DNA from: a virus | Direction: 5' to 3' (one strand) | Length of the DNA: 64,000 nucleotides | Virus record (IMG/VR): IMGVR_UViG_3300032334_000315 | Span: 32,001 to 96,000 of that record | Part shown: positions 26,601 through 35,417 of the stretch, in pieces | How positions within the stretch are numbered: position 1 is the first letter of the stretch | How the letters are laid out: every line of letters begins with the position of its first letter | Notes under the pieces: generated by a model | Seen by the model: only the letters and a program-made list of their open reading frames with translations | What the model was told of the DNA's origin: nothing | Databases searched by the model: none | Program-made: the position numbers and the translations under genes

Positions 26601-27193
26601 TGTGAATTCAACTTCGCTTCTTTAGTTTCAGCGGCCTTAGCTTTCTTAGCAATGCTGGAATCTTCAAAGTCTTTCATAAAGCGTTCCATCTGTTCCTGTG
26701 ACCACTCACCATACTTGATATCGGTATCATAAGACCTGATATCACCGCCTTGATTTTCAGATGTAGCACCCATAATGTTTGCTTGTTCAATGGCTGCATA
26801 CTTGGTATATAAATGACGCTTCTCTCGTTGAATGCGGCGAAGAAATGCAAAGTAAATAATCTGCGTGAAGTATGCGAATGGATTCTTAGACTTCGCAGGG
26901 TCAAAGTTATTCAGATATAGCAGGCAATTCTCAATACCATCTGAAATCATTTCCTCGCGGAACGTGTAGTTTGAGAAGTTTGGCTTGTATGCAAGGTGTG
27001 TCGCAATCTTCATAATAGCTTCACCGATATAATGTGGAATGCGCGGTAGCTCTTTACCAGCTTCCTTAGCAGCTTGCACTTTCTCTCTATGGATTACCAA
27101 TGCATCAAATAAATCCACATTGTTCACATAATGCTTTTTCTTCTTAGGTGGTTTGGCATAAGTAATGAAGACCGGCTCTAATTTTTCAGTCAT
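26597..27193 (-). CDS. gp55: Late sigma factor
   Basis: HYVNN, NFSNYTFREEMISDGIENC, NPFAYFTQIIYFAFLRRIQREK. Confidence 0.95.
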   Translation of the reverse strand: MTEKLEPVFITYAKPPKKKKHYVNNVDLFDALVIHREKVQAAKEAGKELPRIPHYIGEAIMKIATHLAYKPNFSNYTFREEMISDGIENCLLYLNNFDPAKSKNPFAYFTQIIYFAFLRRIQREKRHLYTKYAAIEQANIMGATSENQGGDIRSYDTDIKYGEWSQEQMERFMKDFEDSSIAKKAKAAETKEAKLNSQ

Positions 27194-27202
27194 AATATAC
27201 TC

Positions 27203-27565
27203 CTAGTGGATTGATAAGCTAATGCCATTTGCAGATTCGGCCATATTGCGAATCATTTCTTGGCGCGCTTCATACTTACGCTTCTCTTCTAGCATATCAA
27301 GGGTGCGTTGGTAGCGTTCTGCGATATCTAATTCTACTTGAGAATACACCATTACGTTGCATTTGTCAATAGTTATTTTGCTTTCCATGAGCGAATCAAA
27401 TGGAATCCAACGCATTATGGTTGTTGTCAATACCCCAGTGTCAAGATTTGGCGTGGCATCAACGACGAATGGCTGGCAAACATATAGGCAATCCTCGTCT
27501 TCACCTTCATAGGTACATAGAACATCATCGCCATTATTCATCTTCAAATAATACACTTCGCTCAT
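27203..27565 (-). CDS. Conserved T4-like hypothetical protein
   Basis: LKMNNGDDVLC...RWIPF; between uvsW and gp55. Confidence 0.65.
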   Translation of the reverse strand: MSEVYYLKMNNGDDVLCTYEGEDEDCLYVCQPFVVDATPNLDTGVLTTTIMRWIPFDSLMESKITIDKCNVMVYSQVELDIAERYQRTLDMLEEKRKYEARQEMIRNMAESANGISLSIH

Positions 27566-29024
27566 TGGAACTCTCCTTTAGTTTGATGGTGTGCATTTCA
27601 TATGCAAACCCCTCAGAGTTGTACATCTTCACACGTTCAATAAGGTGGTTCAATGTGAAGTTCTTATTGTTGCCGATAGTAAGATTGTCTGCAATATCGA
27701 ATAGTGTCATGCTGTCTTTGGTATCAGATACGCGCAGGCCACGCCCGACCGATTGCATAGTTCTAACGCGGCTTTTAGTTGGGCTTGCGAATATGACATT
27801 ATGTAGGTTCTTGATATTTATGCCTGTACTAAAGGTGCCGTAGGACGCAACGATAATAGCATCGTTCTCCTTCTCAACGATAGCACGAATAGCCTCGCGC
27901 TCTTCACCATCGACACCACCATGAACGAAAAACACCTTGCGATTGCCTGCTTTCTCACCAATCATATCATACAGAATAGCACCATGCTTTTCAACATATG
28001 AATAAAGGATCAGCGTATTCCCCCCGAGAGATACAGCAAGATTACGAATGAATTTATTGCGAGGTTCAAAAGAAATAATGTGTGCAATTTCATCTTGATA
28101 TGTACCACCTTTTAGTTTCTTAGCTTCTGCAACAGGATGATTCAACACCAGAACTTTGATTTTCAAATCAGCAAGTGTGCCTTGATCCATTAGTTCGCGG
28201 GACGATATAATCTTGGTTGCTGGACCAAAAAGACCCTCAAGGACTAGTTCATTGACCTGTGAGCCATCAAGCGTACCTGTGAGACCAAACCGATACTGAG
28301 TATTGACCATGGATGTCATAATCTTAGTAAGGCTCTGTGCTTTGAACAGATGTGCTTCGTCACCGACAATCAACTCAAAAGATTCGAAAAATCTTTTATC
28401 CATTTCGTAAACGGATTGCCAGGTTGAGATAACAATTGGTTTATCAGTTTGTTTATCTTGCCCTCCAAAAATTCGGTGAACGAACTCATCAGATACAAAA
28501 CCATAGTCGGCAAAATCAGAATACAGCTGGTGCACCAAAGAAATAGTTGGCACAATAATAAGAGTACGGCAGTCATAGTACCTCGTCAGAAGATAGATGA
28601 TAAGTGATTTACCAGAGCCAGTAGGAGAAACCAAAACACAGCGTTTGTTTCTAACAGCGAGAGCAAATGCGCGTAATTGGTGGTCGTGTGCTTCAAAAGG
28701 CAGTGAAAGTGATTGTGCAAATTCTTTAGCTTCAGCCAGTGAGAATTCTTCTGTTGCGTCAAAACCATCAACCGACTCGACGGTGTAATCACGCTCTTGC
28801 CCCCAACGCATTACCTCGCGTGAGAGGCCGTGGTAGATTTGATTGTTGCGAGAGTTGAATAGACGGATCTTACCGTCCCAATGTTTTGCTTTGAACGCAG
28901 GGCTATACTTAGCACCAGGTACCTCAAACGTAAGATGCTCAGCTAGTTCTCTTGCAATACCAGGGTCACACTCAACACGGATGAAAGCTTCGTTTACTTT
29001 GTGCAATCTGATATCAGAATCCAT
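27534..29024 (-). CDS. uvsW: SF2 helicase UvsW
   Basis: SPTGSGKS, DEAH, GLTGT, QSVGRGLR. Confidence 0.95.
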   Translation of the reverse strand: MDSDIRLHKVNEAFIRVECDPGIARELAEHLTFEVPGAKYSPAFKAKHWDGKIRLFNSRNNQIYHGLSREVMRWGQERDYTVESVDGFDATEEFSLAEAKEFAQSLSLPFEAHDHQLRAFALAVRNKRCVLVSPTGSGKSLIIYLLTRYYDCRTLIIVPTISLVHQLYSDFADYGFVSDEFVHRIFGGQDKQTDKPIVISTWQSVYEMDKRFFESFELIVGDEAHLFKAQSLTKIMTSMVNTQYRFGLTGTLDGSQVNELVLEGLFGPATKIISSRELMDQGTLADLKIKVLVLNHPVAEAKKLKGGTYQDEIAHIISFEPRNKFIRNLAVSLGGNTLILYSYVEKHGAILYDMIGEKAGNRKVFFVHGGVDGEEREAIRAIVEKENDAIIVASYGTFSTGINIKNLHNVIFASPTKSRVRTMQSVGRGLRVSDTKDSMTLFDIADNLTIGNNKNFTLNHLIERVKMYNSEGFAYEMHTIKLKESSNERSVLFEDE

Positions 29025-29451
29025 TTGTGAACTTTCTCCACTCAATAGCCGACTTGATATCATAACCACGCTGATGAATTGCTTTGATGATTGAGGTTAG
29101 CGTTTCGACCTTCTCTTCCTGCATAGAGATGCGGTTGTCTAACTTCATCAACTCGCTATCAGAATCCACATAATTATGCACCTCATTCTTCAATACCTTG
29201 TGAAGAAAAGGTTCACGGCTCATGCGCTCGAGGTCATCGGGATTGTTTAATGTGCCAAGGTAATACTCACGCAAGTCCTTATACAGACCTTTTTTCTTAG
29301 CCATGCATGATCTCAGAAGCGACCTTTCAATGGCTAAGATTTGAATATATTTGGCGTGAAGGGAAGAAATTGCGAGGCTATCGCGATCTAAGTTAAGATC
29401 GTCATATAGCGCGTCTTTTGACCAGTTCTCAAGGATGTCTTCAAGTTTCAT
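29014..29451 (-). CDS. uvsY: Recombination mediator
   Basis: LHAKY, YYLG, RGYDIKSAIEWRKF. Confidence 0.9.
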   Translation of the reverse strand: MKLEDILENWSKDALYDDLNLDRDSLAISSLHAKYIQILAIERSLLRSCMAKKKGLYKDLREYYLGTLNNPDDLERMSREPFLHKVLKNEVHNYVDSDSELMKLDNRISMQEEKVETLTSIIKAIHQRGYDIKSAIEWRKFTNGF

Positions 29452-29457
29452 ATGTAC

Positions 29458-29486
29458 ATAATACCATTAAGTTTGAGCATTGTCAA
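29458..29486 (-). promoter_or_regulatory. sigma70 promoter for uvsY (probably leaderless)
   Basis: TTGACA-17-TATTAT, 6 nt before ATG. Confidence 0.75.
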
Positions 29487-29499
29487 TGCATTATTTGTA

Positions 29500-29528
29500 T
29501 TGACAACCGACTATATCTGAGGTATAAT
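29500..29528 (+). promoter_or_regulatory. Divergent consensus sigma70 promoter, antisense to gp3
   Basis: TTGACA-17-TATAAT exact; no credible plus-strand ORF downstream. Confidence 0.7.
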
Positions 29529-29553
29529 AAGGATGTTGTACCGGGTCAGTCTA

Positions 29554-30099
29554 TTACTCGTCTAGCGCATACTTACGATATCTGAATACCGCTGTGGCCT
29601 CTAGATAATCAATTGTCGTATTGGTAGACGTAAATGCTAATTCTGTAAGTGAGATTGGGAAGCAATCATAAAAGAAGATGTTGATATTTAGATTCTTAGC
29701 ACTGGTCAATACCGAAAGAACTGCGTCTGATACGAATGTGGTTGCATTACCGACTGGTCTAAAACCAACTGAGTTATTACGAATGTCTTTTGATAGGTCG
29801 CGTGTTTGCCCAAGATCATCAGGGTGACCAAGGCCTACAAGCCATTTCTGAATCTCAAAATAGTTCTTTAGATCCTCATCGACCTTAAATGTAACAGCTA
29901 ACGGCTCGTATGTCAACCTATCTCCTGGGCGCGGTACATACGCGAACGGAGTTGGCGTCTCAATAGGATTCATAGAAATGGCTGGAATAGAAACGCCTTG
30001 AGCAAAATAATTGACGTTAGGCAGACGCTTGATGGCAAACTGAAAGCCATTTTGCCCTAGCATATTAATGTTTTCAGGTTGATTTTGGTACGCTGTCAT
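29554..30099 (-). CDS. gp3: Tail completion / tube terminator protein
   Basis: FQFAIKRLPNVNYF, PGDRLTY, VDEDLKNYFEI, FPISL; true start MTAYQ. Confidence 0.85.
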   Translation of the reverse strand: MTAYQNQPENINMLGQNGFQFAIKRLPNVNYFAQGVSIPAISMNPIETPTPFAYVPRPGDRLTYEPLAVTFKVDEDLKNYFEIQKWLVGLGHPDDLGQTRDLSKDIRNNSVGFRPVGNATTFVSDAVLSVLTSAKNLNINIFFYDCFPISLTELAFTSTNTTIDYLEATAVFRYRKYALDE

Positions 30100-30104
30100 A
30101 TAGC

Positions 30105-30112
30105 TATTTATA
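30105..30112 (-). promoter_or_regulatory. Late promoter TATAAATA for gp3
   Basis: Exact motif 5 nt before ATG. Confidence 0.75.
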
Positions 30113-30114
30113 AT

Positions 30115-30142
30115 AAAAAAGGGAGAGCATTTCTGCCCTCCC
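30115..30142 (-). terminator. Terminator after gp23
   Basis: gggagagca/tgccctccc stem with U6 tract on minus strand. Confidence 0.75.
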
Positions 30143-30199
30143 AGTTTGCGGCTTGAAACCGTCTTGTATTGCCTCGCCTTTGAATCAGCGAGGTTTTTA

Positions 30200-31591
30200 T
30201 TACATAAGGTTTGTGACCTGCACAAAGCGGTAGTAAAGGTTTGCGCGGGCATCGCCGAACGCACCGATAGCACCAGTGGCATCGTTCGTTGCGAATGGGT
30301 TTGCAACCATTCCGTAACGAGTCTTGAAGCCAATCTTTGGCTGGAAGGTGTTTTCACCAACTGCACGAACCATCTGAAGTGGTACGTATGGGCAATAGAA
30401 CAGACCAGCGTCAAATGCTGAAGAGCCCTTATAGCCGATTGTGAAATACTGCTTACCAGATGCAGAAGAGAAGTATGGATCAATGTAAACCTTGATACGG
30501 CCACCAAGAACACCAGCGAAGGTATTGCCTGTGTCGTCAACATTTAGATTGTTAGATAGAGCAGGTGTGTAATCAAGAACGCCTGCCATCTGAAGAGCCG
30601 AAGCTACGTCAGAACCGCAGATGATTACGTTACCCTTACCACGACGAGTTGCCTTAGCAATCTGGTTCGCTTCGCGCTCAATCTGGAACAATAGACCCTT
30701 GAACTTTTCTACCATCCAACGACCGTTAGAGTCAACGTCTAGGTTAAACGTACCTGTTGAAGTTACGTTTTCCTGAGCGCCGGCTGTAGCAGTATAGTTG
30801 ATTGTACGAACAACTTCACGGTTGATTTCAGAAAGGATTTCAGCAGCAAGAATGTTTGATAGTTCCTGCTCAGCATCAAGACCGTGAATGGCCTTAAGAT
30901 CCTGTGCAAGTTCCATTGTGTATTCTGCCTTGAGAGCGCGGCTAACTGCTGTTACAGCAACCTTCTCAATGCTGAATGCCATTTCCTGGAAATCGTTACC
31001 ACGTCCGTCACCAAGAGCTTCTGCGCGAGCAGTAGTCATACCTGTTGACATGTTATAGCCAGCAGCGCCAGCAGTTACACGACCAGTTGGATCAGAACCA
31101 GACTGAGAACGAACTGAAGTGTTAGCAACAACAAATGAAGACGCTGTATTGCCTTTAGCAGAACCAGAGAATGTGGTATTTGCTTCGTTGAATAGAGCTT
31201 CTGCACCTGTCTGGCTGTTATAACGTGAACGCATTGCGAAGATAAGGCCTGTTGGACCTGTCATTGGCTGTACGCCGCAGATATCATACGCAATTAGGTT
31301 AGGCATAGAACGACGAACCAATGAAATAAGTACTGGATCGAATGTGTCGATGGAACCAGCTGCGGCTGTAGATGACGATGCACCCATAGCGTTTGTTGGA
31401 GCTGTTTCACCTAGTAGTGATGGAGCCTGGTAACCACCAGATCCAAAACCTTGTTCGCGAGCTGACTTTTCCTGGTTTTCCAGAAGCTGTGCTACTACTG
31501 AGCGGCGGTGCGCATCCTTGATTGGAGATAGATCGCTATGCTCCAGGACTGGCTGCCACTTTTTCTGAACTTGTTCATTCAGAGATTGCAT
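30200..31591 (-). CDS. gp23: Major capsid protein
   Basis: LLENQE, GVQPMTGPTGLIFAMR, ELAQDLKAIHGLDAE, FQPKIGFKTRYG. Confidence 0.98.
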   Translation of the reverse strand: MQSLNEQVQKKWQPVLEHSDLSPIKDAHRRSVVAQLLENQEKSAREQGFGSGGYQAPSLLGETAPTNAMGASSSTAAAGSIDTFDPVLISLVRRSMPNLIAYDICGVQPMTGPTGLIFAMRSRYNSQTGAEALFNEANTTFSGSAKGNTASSFVVANTSVRSQSGSDPTGRVTAGAAGYNMSTGMTTARAEALGDGRGNDFQEMAFSIEKVAVTAVSRALKAEYTMELAQDLKAIHGLDAEQELSNILAAEILSEINREVVRTINYTATAGAQENVTSTGTFNLDVDSNGRWMVEKFKGLLFQIEREANQIAKATRRGKGNVIICGSDVASALQMAGVLDYTPALSNNLNVDDTGNTFAGVLGGRIKVYIDPYFSSASGKQYFTIGYKGSSAFDAGLFYCPYVPLQMVRAVGENTFQPKIGFKTRYGMVANPFATNDATGAIGAFGDARANLYYRFVQVTNLM

Positions 31592-31631
31592 GTTAGTTCT
31601 CCTTATTGATTTCAACTAATGTTATAAAAAC

Positions 31632-32729
31632 TTACTTTTTGATACCGCGACTAATCGCAGACATGTAAGCAGCCATTTCGCCCGGAACCTGCTTTTCAGC
31701 GATTTCTTCGCCCACTGGTTCCTCATCGAGTGTTACGCTTTCGTTCAAGGGGCCGGCCGAACCTCTTGTTGGGAAATAACTCTCACGAAGGGTAGCAATT
31801 TTCTTCTGATATGACTCAATGTCATCGAAGTCAACTGCTTCAGAAAGCGATTGTAGTTTTGCGTATTGCGTATCTGCAAGACCTTCTGAAACTTCATTGA
31901 ACGCAATTACGCGCTCAAATTCTTTGATTTGAGCTGTTAGCTCAATATTCTTTTCAATTTCTTCGTTGATAACGGACTCAAGAACTTCAACCTGATTAGC
32001 AAGTTCTTCGGTTACATCAACGGCTTCATCTGGAATGTCGATGTAGTGTTCTGTGAATAGATCCTTAAGACCCTTCATGAAACCTTCTACGATCTCAGCC
32101 TTTAGACCACGCTCTACAGCAACGGCATTGTTTTCCATCCAGCTCTCAACAACATAGTCGAGATATGTGTCTACGCGCTCAACTAGTGACTCGCCTAGGC
32201 TTTCTGTTTCTTCAGATAGAGCCAATTCAAATCTTTCATCAAGAACAGAAATCTGCTCATTGACCTTGGTTAGAACGGCTGCTTCAAATACTTCAGTTGC
32301 GCGAGCAATGAAATCAGCAGAAACGTCGGTGCCTTCAAAGATGGCCTTGATATCATCGGACACGTCGAGGTCTTCCTTTGTTAGACGGGCAATCTTGGAT
32401 TCAGCAACACGGCCCTTTGGATTAACAGAATTACCCTGCATTGGGTTTGTCTTATCGCCCTTGAATGAATCATAAGCTATTGATACTTCGGCCTTCTTCA
32501 TTCCAGAGAGTGCTTGAATCATAGAGTTAATCATACCAACCTTTGTGTATGGCTTAACGCTAGAACCCTGCATTGGGTTTGTTCTATCACCAGAATTCTG
32601 CGAACCACCGGGAGGTGATGCATTTGCTCCAGTAGGCTCAGGAACCTCAGCATTAACGCCGAAGCTCGCTCTCTTTGCTTCTTGTACGTCGAGCTTATCG
32701 ACATTTGTGTCCTGAACTGACATATTCAT
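31632..32729 (-). CDS. gp22: Prohead core scaffold protein
   Basis: FEAAV, VDTYLDYVVESWMENN, LFTEHYIDIP, LRESYF. Confidence 0.92.
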   Translation of the reverse strand: MNMSVQDTNVDKLDVQEAKRASFGVNAEVPEPTGANASPPGGSQNSGDRTNPMQGSSVKPYTKVGMINSMIQALSGMKKAEVSIAYDSFKGDKTNPMQGNSVNPKGRVAESKIARLTKEDLDVSDDIKAIFEGTDVSADFIARATEVFEAAVLTKVNEQISVLDERFELALSEETESLGESLVERVDTYLDYVVESWMENNAVAVERGLKAEIVEGFMKGLKDLFTEHYIDIPDEAVDVTEELANQVEVLESVINEEIEKNIELTAQIKEFERVIAFNEVSEGLADTQYAKLQSLSEAVDFDDIESYQKKIATLRESYFPTRGSAGPLNESVTLDEEPVGEEIAEKQVPGEMAAYMSAISRGIKK

Positions 32730-32766
32730 TTCTCCTCAGGTGTTATCAAAAAATGTTTCTTATGTT

Positions 32767-32774
32767 ATTTATAA
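32767..32774 (-). promoter_or_regulatory. Late promoter TATAAATA for gp22/gp23
   Basis: Exact motif in intergenic region. Confidence 0.75.
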
Positions 32775-32776
32775 TA

Positions 32777-33433
32777 TTAGAGTTTTGACAAGAACTTTTT
32801 AAAAGCCTCAATCATTACCTCTTCTTTGTTGCGAGTGGTTCCATAACCTTCTTCAATTTGATCGCGAATCTCAGCAACCTCGCGTTCATGTAGAACGCCA
32901 TTTTCCCAAACCCACTCTTTGCCTTCCATGATACCACGAACAAACGCTTGTGGTGCAGAAGGATCAGCAACGATATCAGCAGCGGTAGCAAGGTAGAAAT
33001 CACTACCTACTTCCATGATACCATTTCTCTTTGTTAGTGTTCCCATACCGCGTGAAGATACACCAAGGTTGGCACCTTCCTTCATAAGATCCTTGACGAT
33101 CTTACCGTATGGTGTGTCCATGATCTTTGCACGACCAATAGCATTAGAACCTTCCATGTGAAGATCCTTAATCATGTGTGATACGCGCTCTAGGTTAATG
33201 TTTGGACCTGCAGGATGGCCTAGTTCACCATATGCACGGTTGGTGTCGATATATGCACCACGGTACCTATCGACTTCGCGTGAGACAACATCAACGGGAT
33301 AAACACGACCGTTTTTGTTTTGAATACCAGCTTGCATGAAAATGCCTTCAATGAAGAAGTTCTTTTCACCAGACTCGGTAGCTTCGGTTACGATTTGAAT
33401 ATCGCTTTCGTTTAGTTCGCAGATTAGCTTCAT
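32777..33433 (-). CDS. gp21: Prohead protease
   Basis: NKNGRVYP, GELGHP, GVSSRGMG, DIVADPSAP. Confidence 0.96.
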   Translation of the reverse strand: MKLICELNESDIQIVTEATESGEKNFFIEGIFMQAGIQNKNGRVYPVDVVSREVDRYRGAYIDTNRAYGELGHPAGPNINLERVSHMIKDLHMEGSNAIGRAKIMDTPYGKIVKDLMKEGANLGVSSRGMGTLTKRNGIMEVGSDFYLATAADIVADPSAPQAFVRGIMEGKEWVWENGVLHEREVAEIRDQIEEGYGTTRNKEEVMIEAFKKFLSKL

Positions 33434-33855
33434 TAGTAACGCGAACCTCCTGTGATGGCTACCGTCTTATGCAGCTTGAGAATAAGCGTTGCAGGACCAC
33501 TATTGACTTTTGTAATCGTTACGTTTGATGTTGACATTGCGGTGGTATTATCAATCAAACGGCTATCAGAAAGATCAACATAATCTGCACCAGATAGAAC
33601 AAGTGCCATACTTGCACCGCGCTTGATTTCAAAATGTACATTGTTTGCGCCACCGCAATTGACTTCGGCTGAAATAATGTTCATGCTGACAACGGTTTCA
33701 CCAGCAGAATTGGCACCCCACACAGGAACACCACCACCAGTGGTAGTATCAGCAGCATTCAATTTGATTCCACCGCTATTATGAAACTTAGCAATAATCC
33801 AACCACCTTTGGTTTGCTTATTCATAATGCCTTCGTTATTAGAAACAGCGGCCAT
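33433..33855 (-). CDS. Hypothetical virion protein upstream of gp21
   Basis: Beta-rich ORF ending LILKLHK; synteny. Confidence 0.55.
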   Translation of the reverse strand: MAAVSNNEGIMNKQTKGGWIIAKFHNSGGIKLNAADTTTGGGVPVWGANSAGETVVSMNIISAEVNCGGANNVHFEIKRGASMALVLSGADYVDLSDSRLIDNTTAMSTSNVTITKVNSGPATLILKLHKTVAITGGSRY

Positions 33856-33858
33856 GTG

Positions 33859-34443
33859 TTACTCCACTTCTGAATTTGCTACAACGAAATCCATAATCGT
33901 TGTGAATGAGTCTGCGTCTCTGTTAATCATGTCGCGGAATAACTCTTGGTTCTCACCAGTAAGCTTTGAATAAGTTTCACCAATGATATCAAGTGTCTCT
34001 TCGTTTACTTCTACAACATCACCATTTTCCAATTCAATTTCAAACGTCTCTTCGCTTGATTCTGTAATTGAAGAACGGTCATTGAAAACTTCTTCTGCAT
34101 ATGCAGCAACAGACGACTGGCTACGAACTGGTGTCAAATCACCTTGCTTGGATGCGTTTGCGCGTGTCTTTGATTGCTGACCTTTAAAACCAGACTTATC
34201 AGCAAGATCAGATGTGCCCTGCTTGATGATGCCACGATCACCGCTATTTGGCTGATGCTTTGCTTGACCCATTGATTTTGCATTCAATACATTATCTGTA
34301 TTCTTTGCTGGATAAGCGGTATCATGCTGAGTGTGTGCATCTGCAAAATCTGCTTCGCCCTTAGCTTTTGGCTTCAAAGCATCAGATTCGGCATCTTTCT
34401 TAGAGACCGATACAGCTTCACGGAGTTCTTTAAACGTCTTCAT
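33859..34443 (-). CDS. Putative prohead core/internal protein
   Basis: MKTFKELRE N-terminus, Glu-rich, in head-core cluster. Confidence 0.55.
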   Translation of the reverse strand: MKTFKELREAVSVSKKDAESDALKPKAKGEADFADAHTQHDTAYPAKNTDNVLNAKSMGQAKHQPNSGDRGIIKQGTSDLADKSGFKGQQSKTRANASKQGDLTPVRSQSSVAAYAEEVFNDRSSITESSEETFEIELENGDVVEVNEETLDIIGETYSKLTGENQELFRDMINRDADSFTTIMDFVVANSEVE

Positions 34444-34624
34444 CTGATACGATCTCCTGATCTTCGACTTCTTCCTGAGGAGTCAACATGTTTGATGCAA
34501 TTTCAATTCGTCTTAGATCAAGCGCATCTGAAATCTTTGCTGATAGCGCAGCACCAATATGCTCGCGAAATGCGTTAGCATCTGATGAAGCTGCTGCTTG
34601 AATTGCTAATTGAATCTCTTCCAT
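34430..34624 (-). CDS. Small acidic prohead core protein (gp67-like)
   Basis: KISDALDLRRIEIA plus acidic tail; late promoter at 34649-34656. Confidence 0.6.
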   Translation of the reverse strand: MEEIQLAIQAAASSDANAFREHIGAALSAKISDALDLRRIEIASNMLTPQEEVEDQEIVSDEDV

Positions 34625-34664
34625 ATTATATACCTTTCTGTGATAATCTATTTATAAAAATGCG

Positions 34665-35405
34665 TTAGTATTCAATAATGATTAGTCCTGGCGCACCAGT
34701 TCCACCTGCGCGAGCGGTAGCGGCCGTGCCATTTCTTGCACCTGACCCACCAGCACCATATCCAGATCCTGGTTGTCCTGCTTGACCAGCAGCAGTTTCT
34801 GGCATAACACCACCTTGACCCCAACCTAATGGAGTGTGAGCACCAATACCGGCTATGTTAGTTGTTGCTGCCATAACACCACCTGCACCACCTGGATATC
34901 CTGTTAAACCCATTACGTTAGATGTACCAAATCCTGATGGACTTGGTGTACCACCAGCACCACCAGCAAGTACCGAAGTAGCGAGTGTTCCGCCTAGGCC
35001 ACCGCCTGCTGAATATGTTACGCTGTTATAGATAATAGAAGAAGGAGATCCAGCAGCACCAGCAGCACCAGAAGCACCTGCGGCTGTAGTACCAGCAACG
35101 GTATATGTTAATGTGTAAACACTAGATACTACAGTGATATAAGCAACAACAACAGATGAAGATCCACCACCACCTCCCATTTGACCAGCAGTAGCAGCGG
35201 TACCACCACCTGAACCACCAGCACCGATGATAGTCGCTTTAAACTTAGCACCAGCATATTGAAGTGCTGCTGGTAATGTGTATGTTACAGATGTTCCTGT
35301 TGTGAACGCAACAAGGTTCATAAATCCAGCACCAGCACCAGCAATCAAAGCAGCATCTACTGTTGCTGATCCGTATACTCTTGTTCCGCTAATCAACTTT
35401 GCCAT
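34665..35405 (-). CDS. Gly-rich virion appendage protein
   Basis: IIGAGGSGGG...GAPGLIIIEY Gly-rich domain. Confidence 0.7.
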   Translation of the reverse strand: MAKLISGTRVYGSATVDAALIAGAGAGFMNLVAFTTGTSVTYTLPAALQYAGAKFKATIIGAGGSGGGTAATAGQMGGGGGSSSVVVAYITVVSSVYTLTYTVAGTTAAGASGAAGAAGSPSSIIYNSVTYSAGGGLGGTLATSVLAGGAGGTPSPSGFGTSNVMGLTGYPGGAGGVMAATTNIAGIGAHTPLGWGQGGVMPETAAGQAGQPGSGYGAGGSGARNGTAATARAGGTGAPGLIIIEY

Positions 35406-35417
35406 ATTAATTCTCCG

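Noticed and set aside
29533-29565. 10-codon ORF behind the antisense promoter
   Set aside because: Too short, with no evidence of coding; its ATG lies at or before the expected +1.
30100-30543. N-terminal extension of the 329-aa ORF (29554-30543)
   Set aside because: Overlaps gp23 in another frame and crosses a terminator; gp3 homology and the late promoter place the start at 30099.
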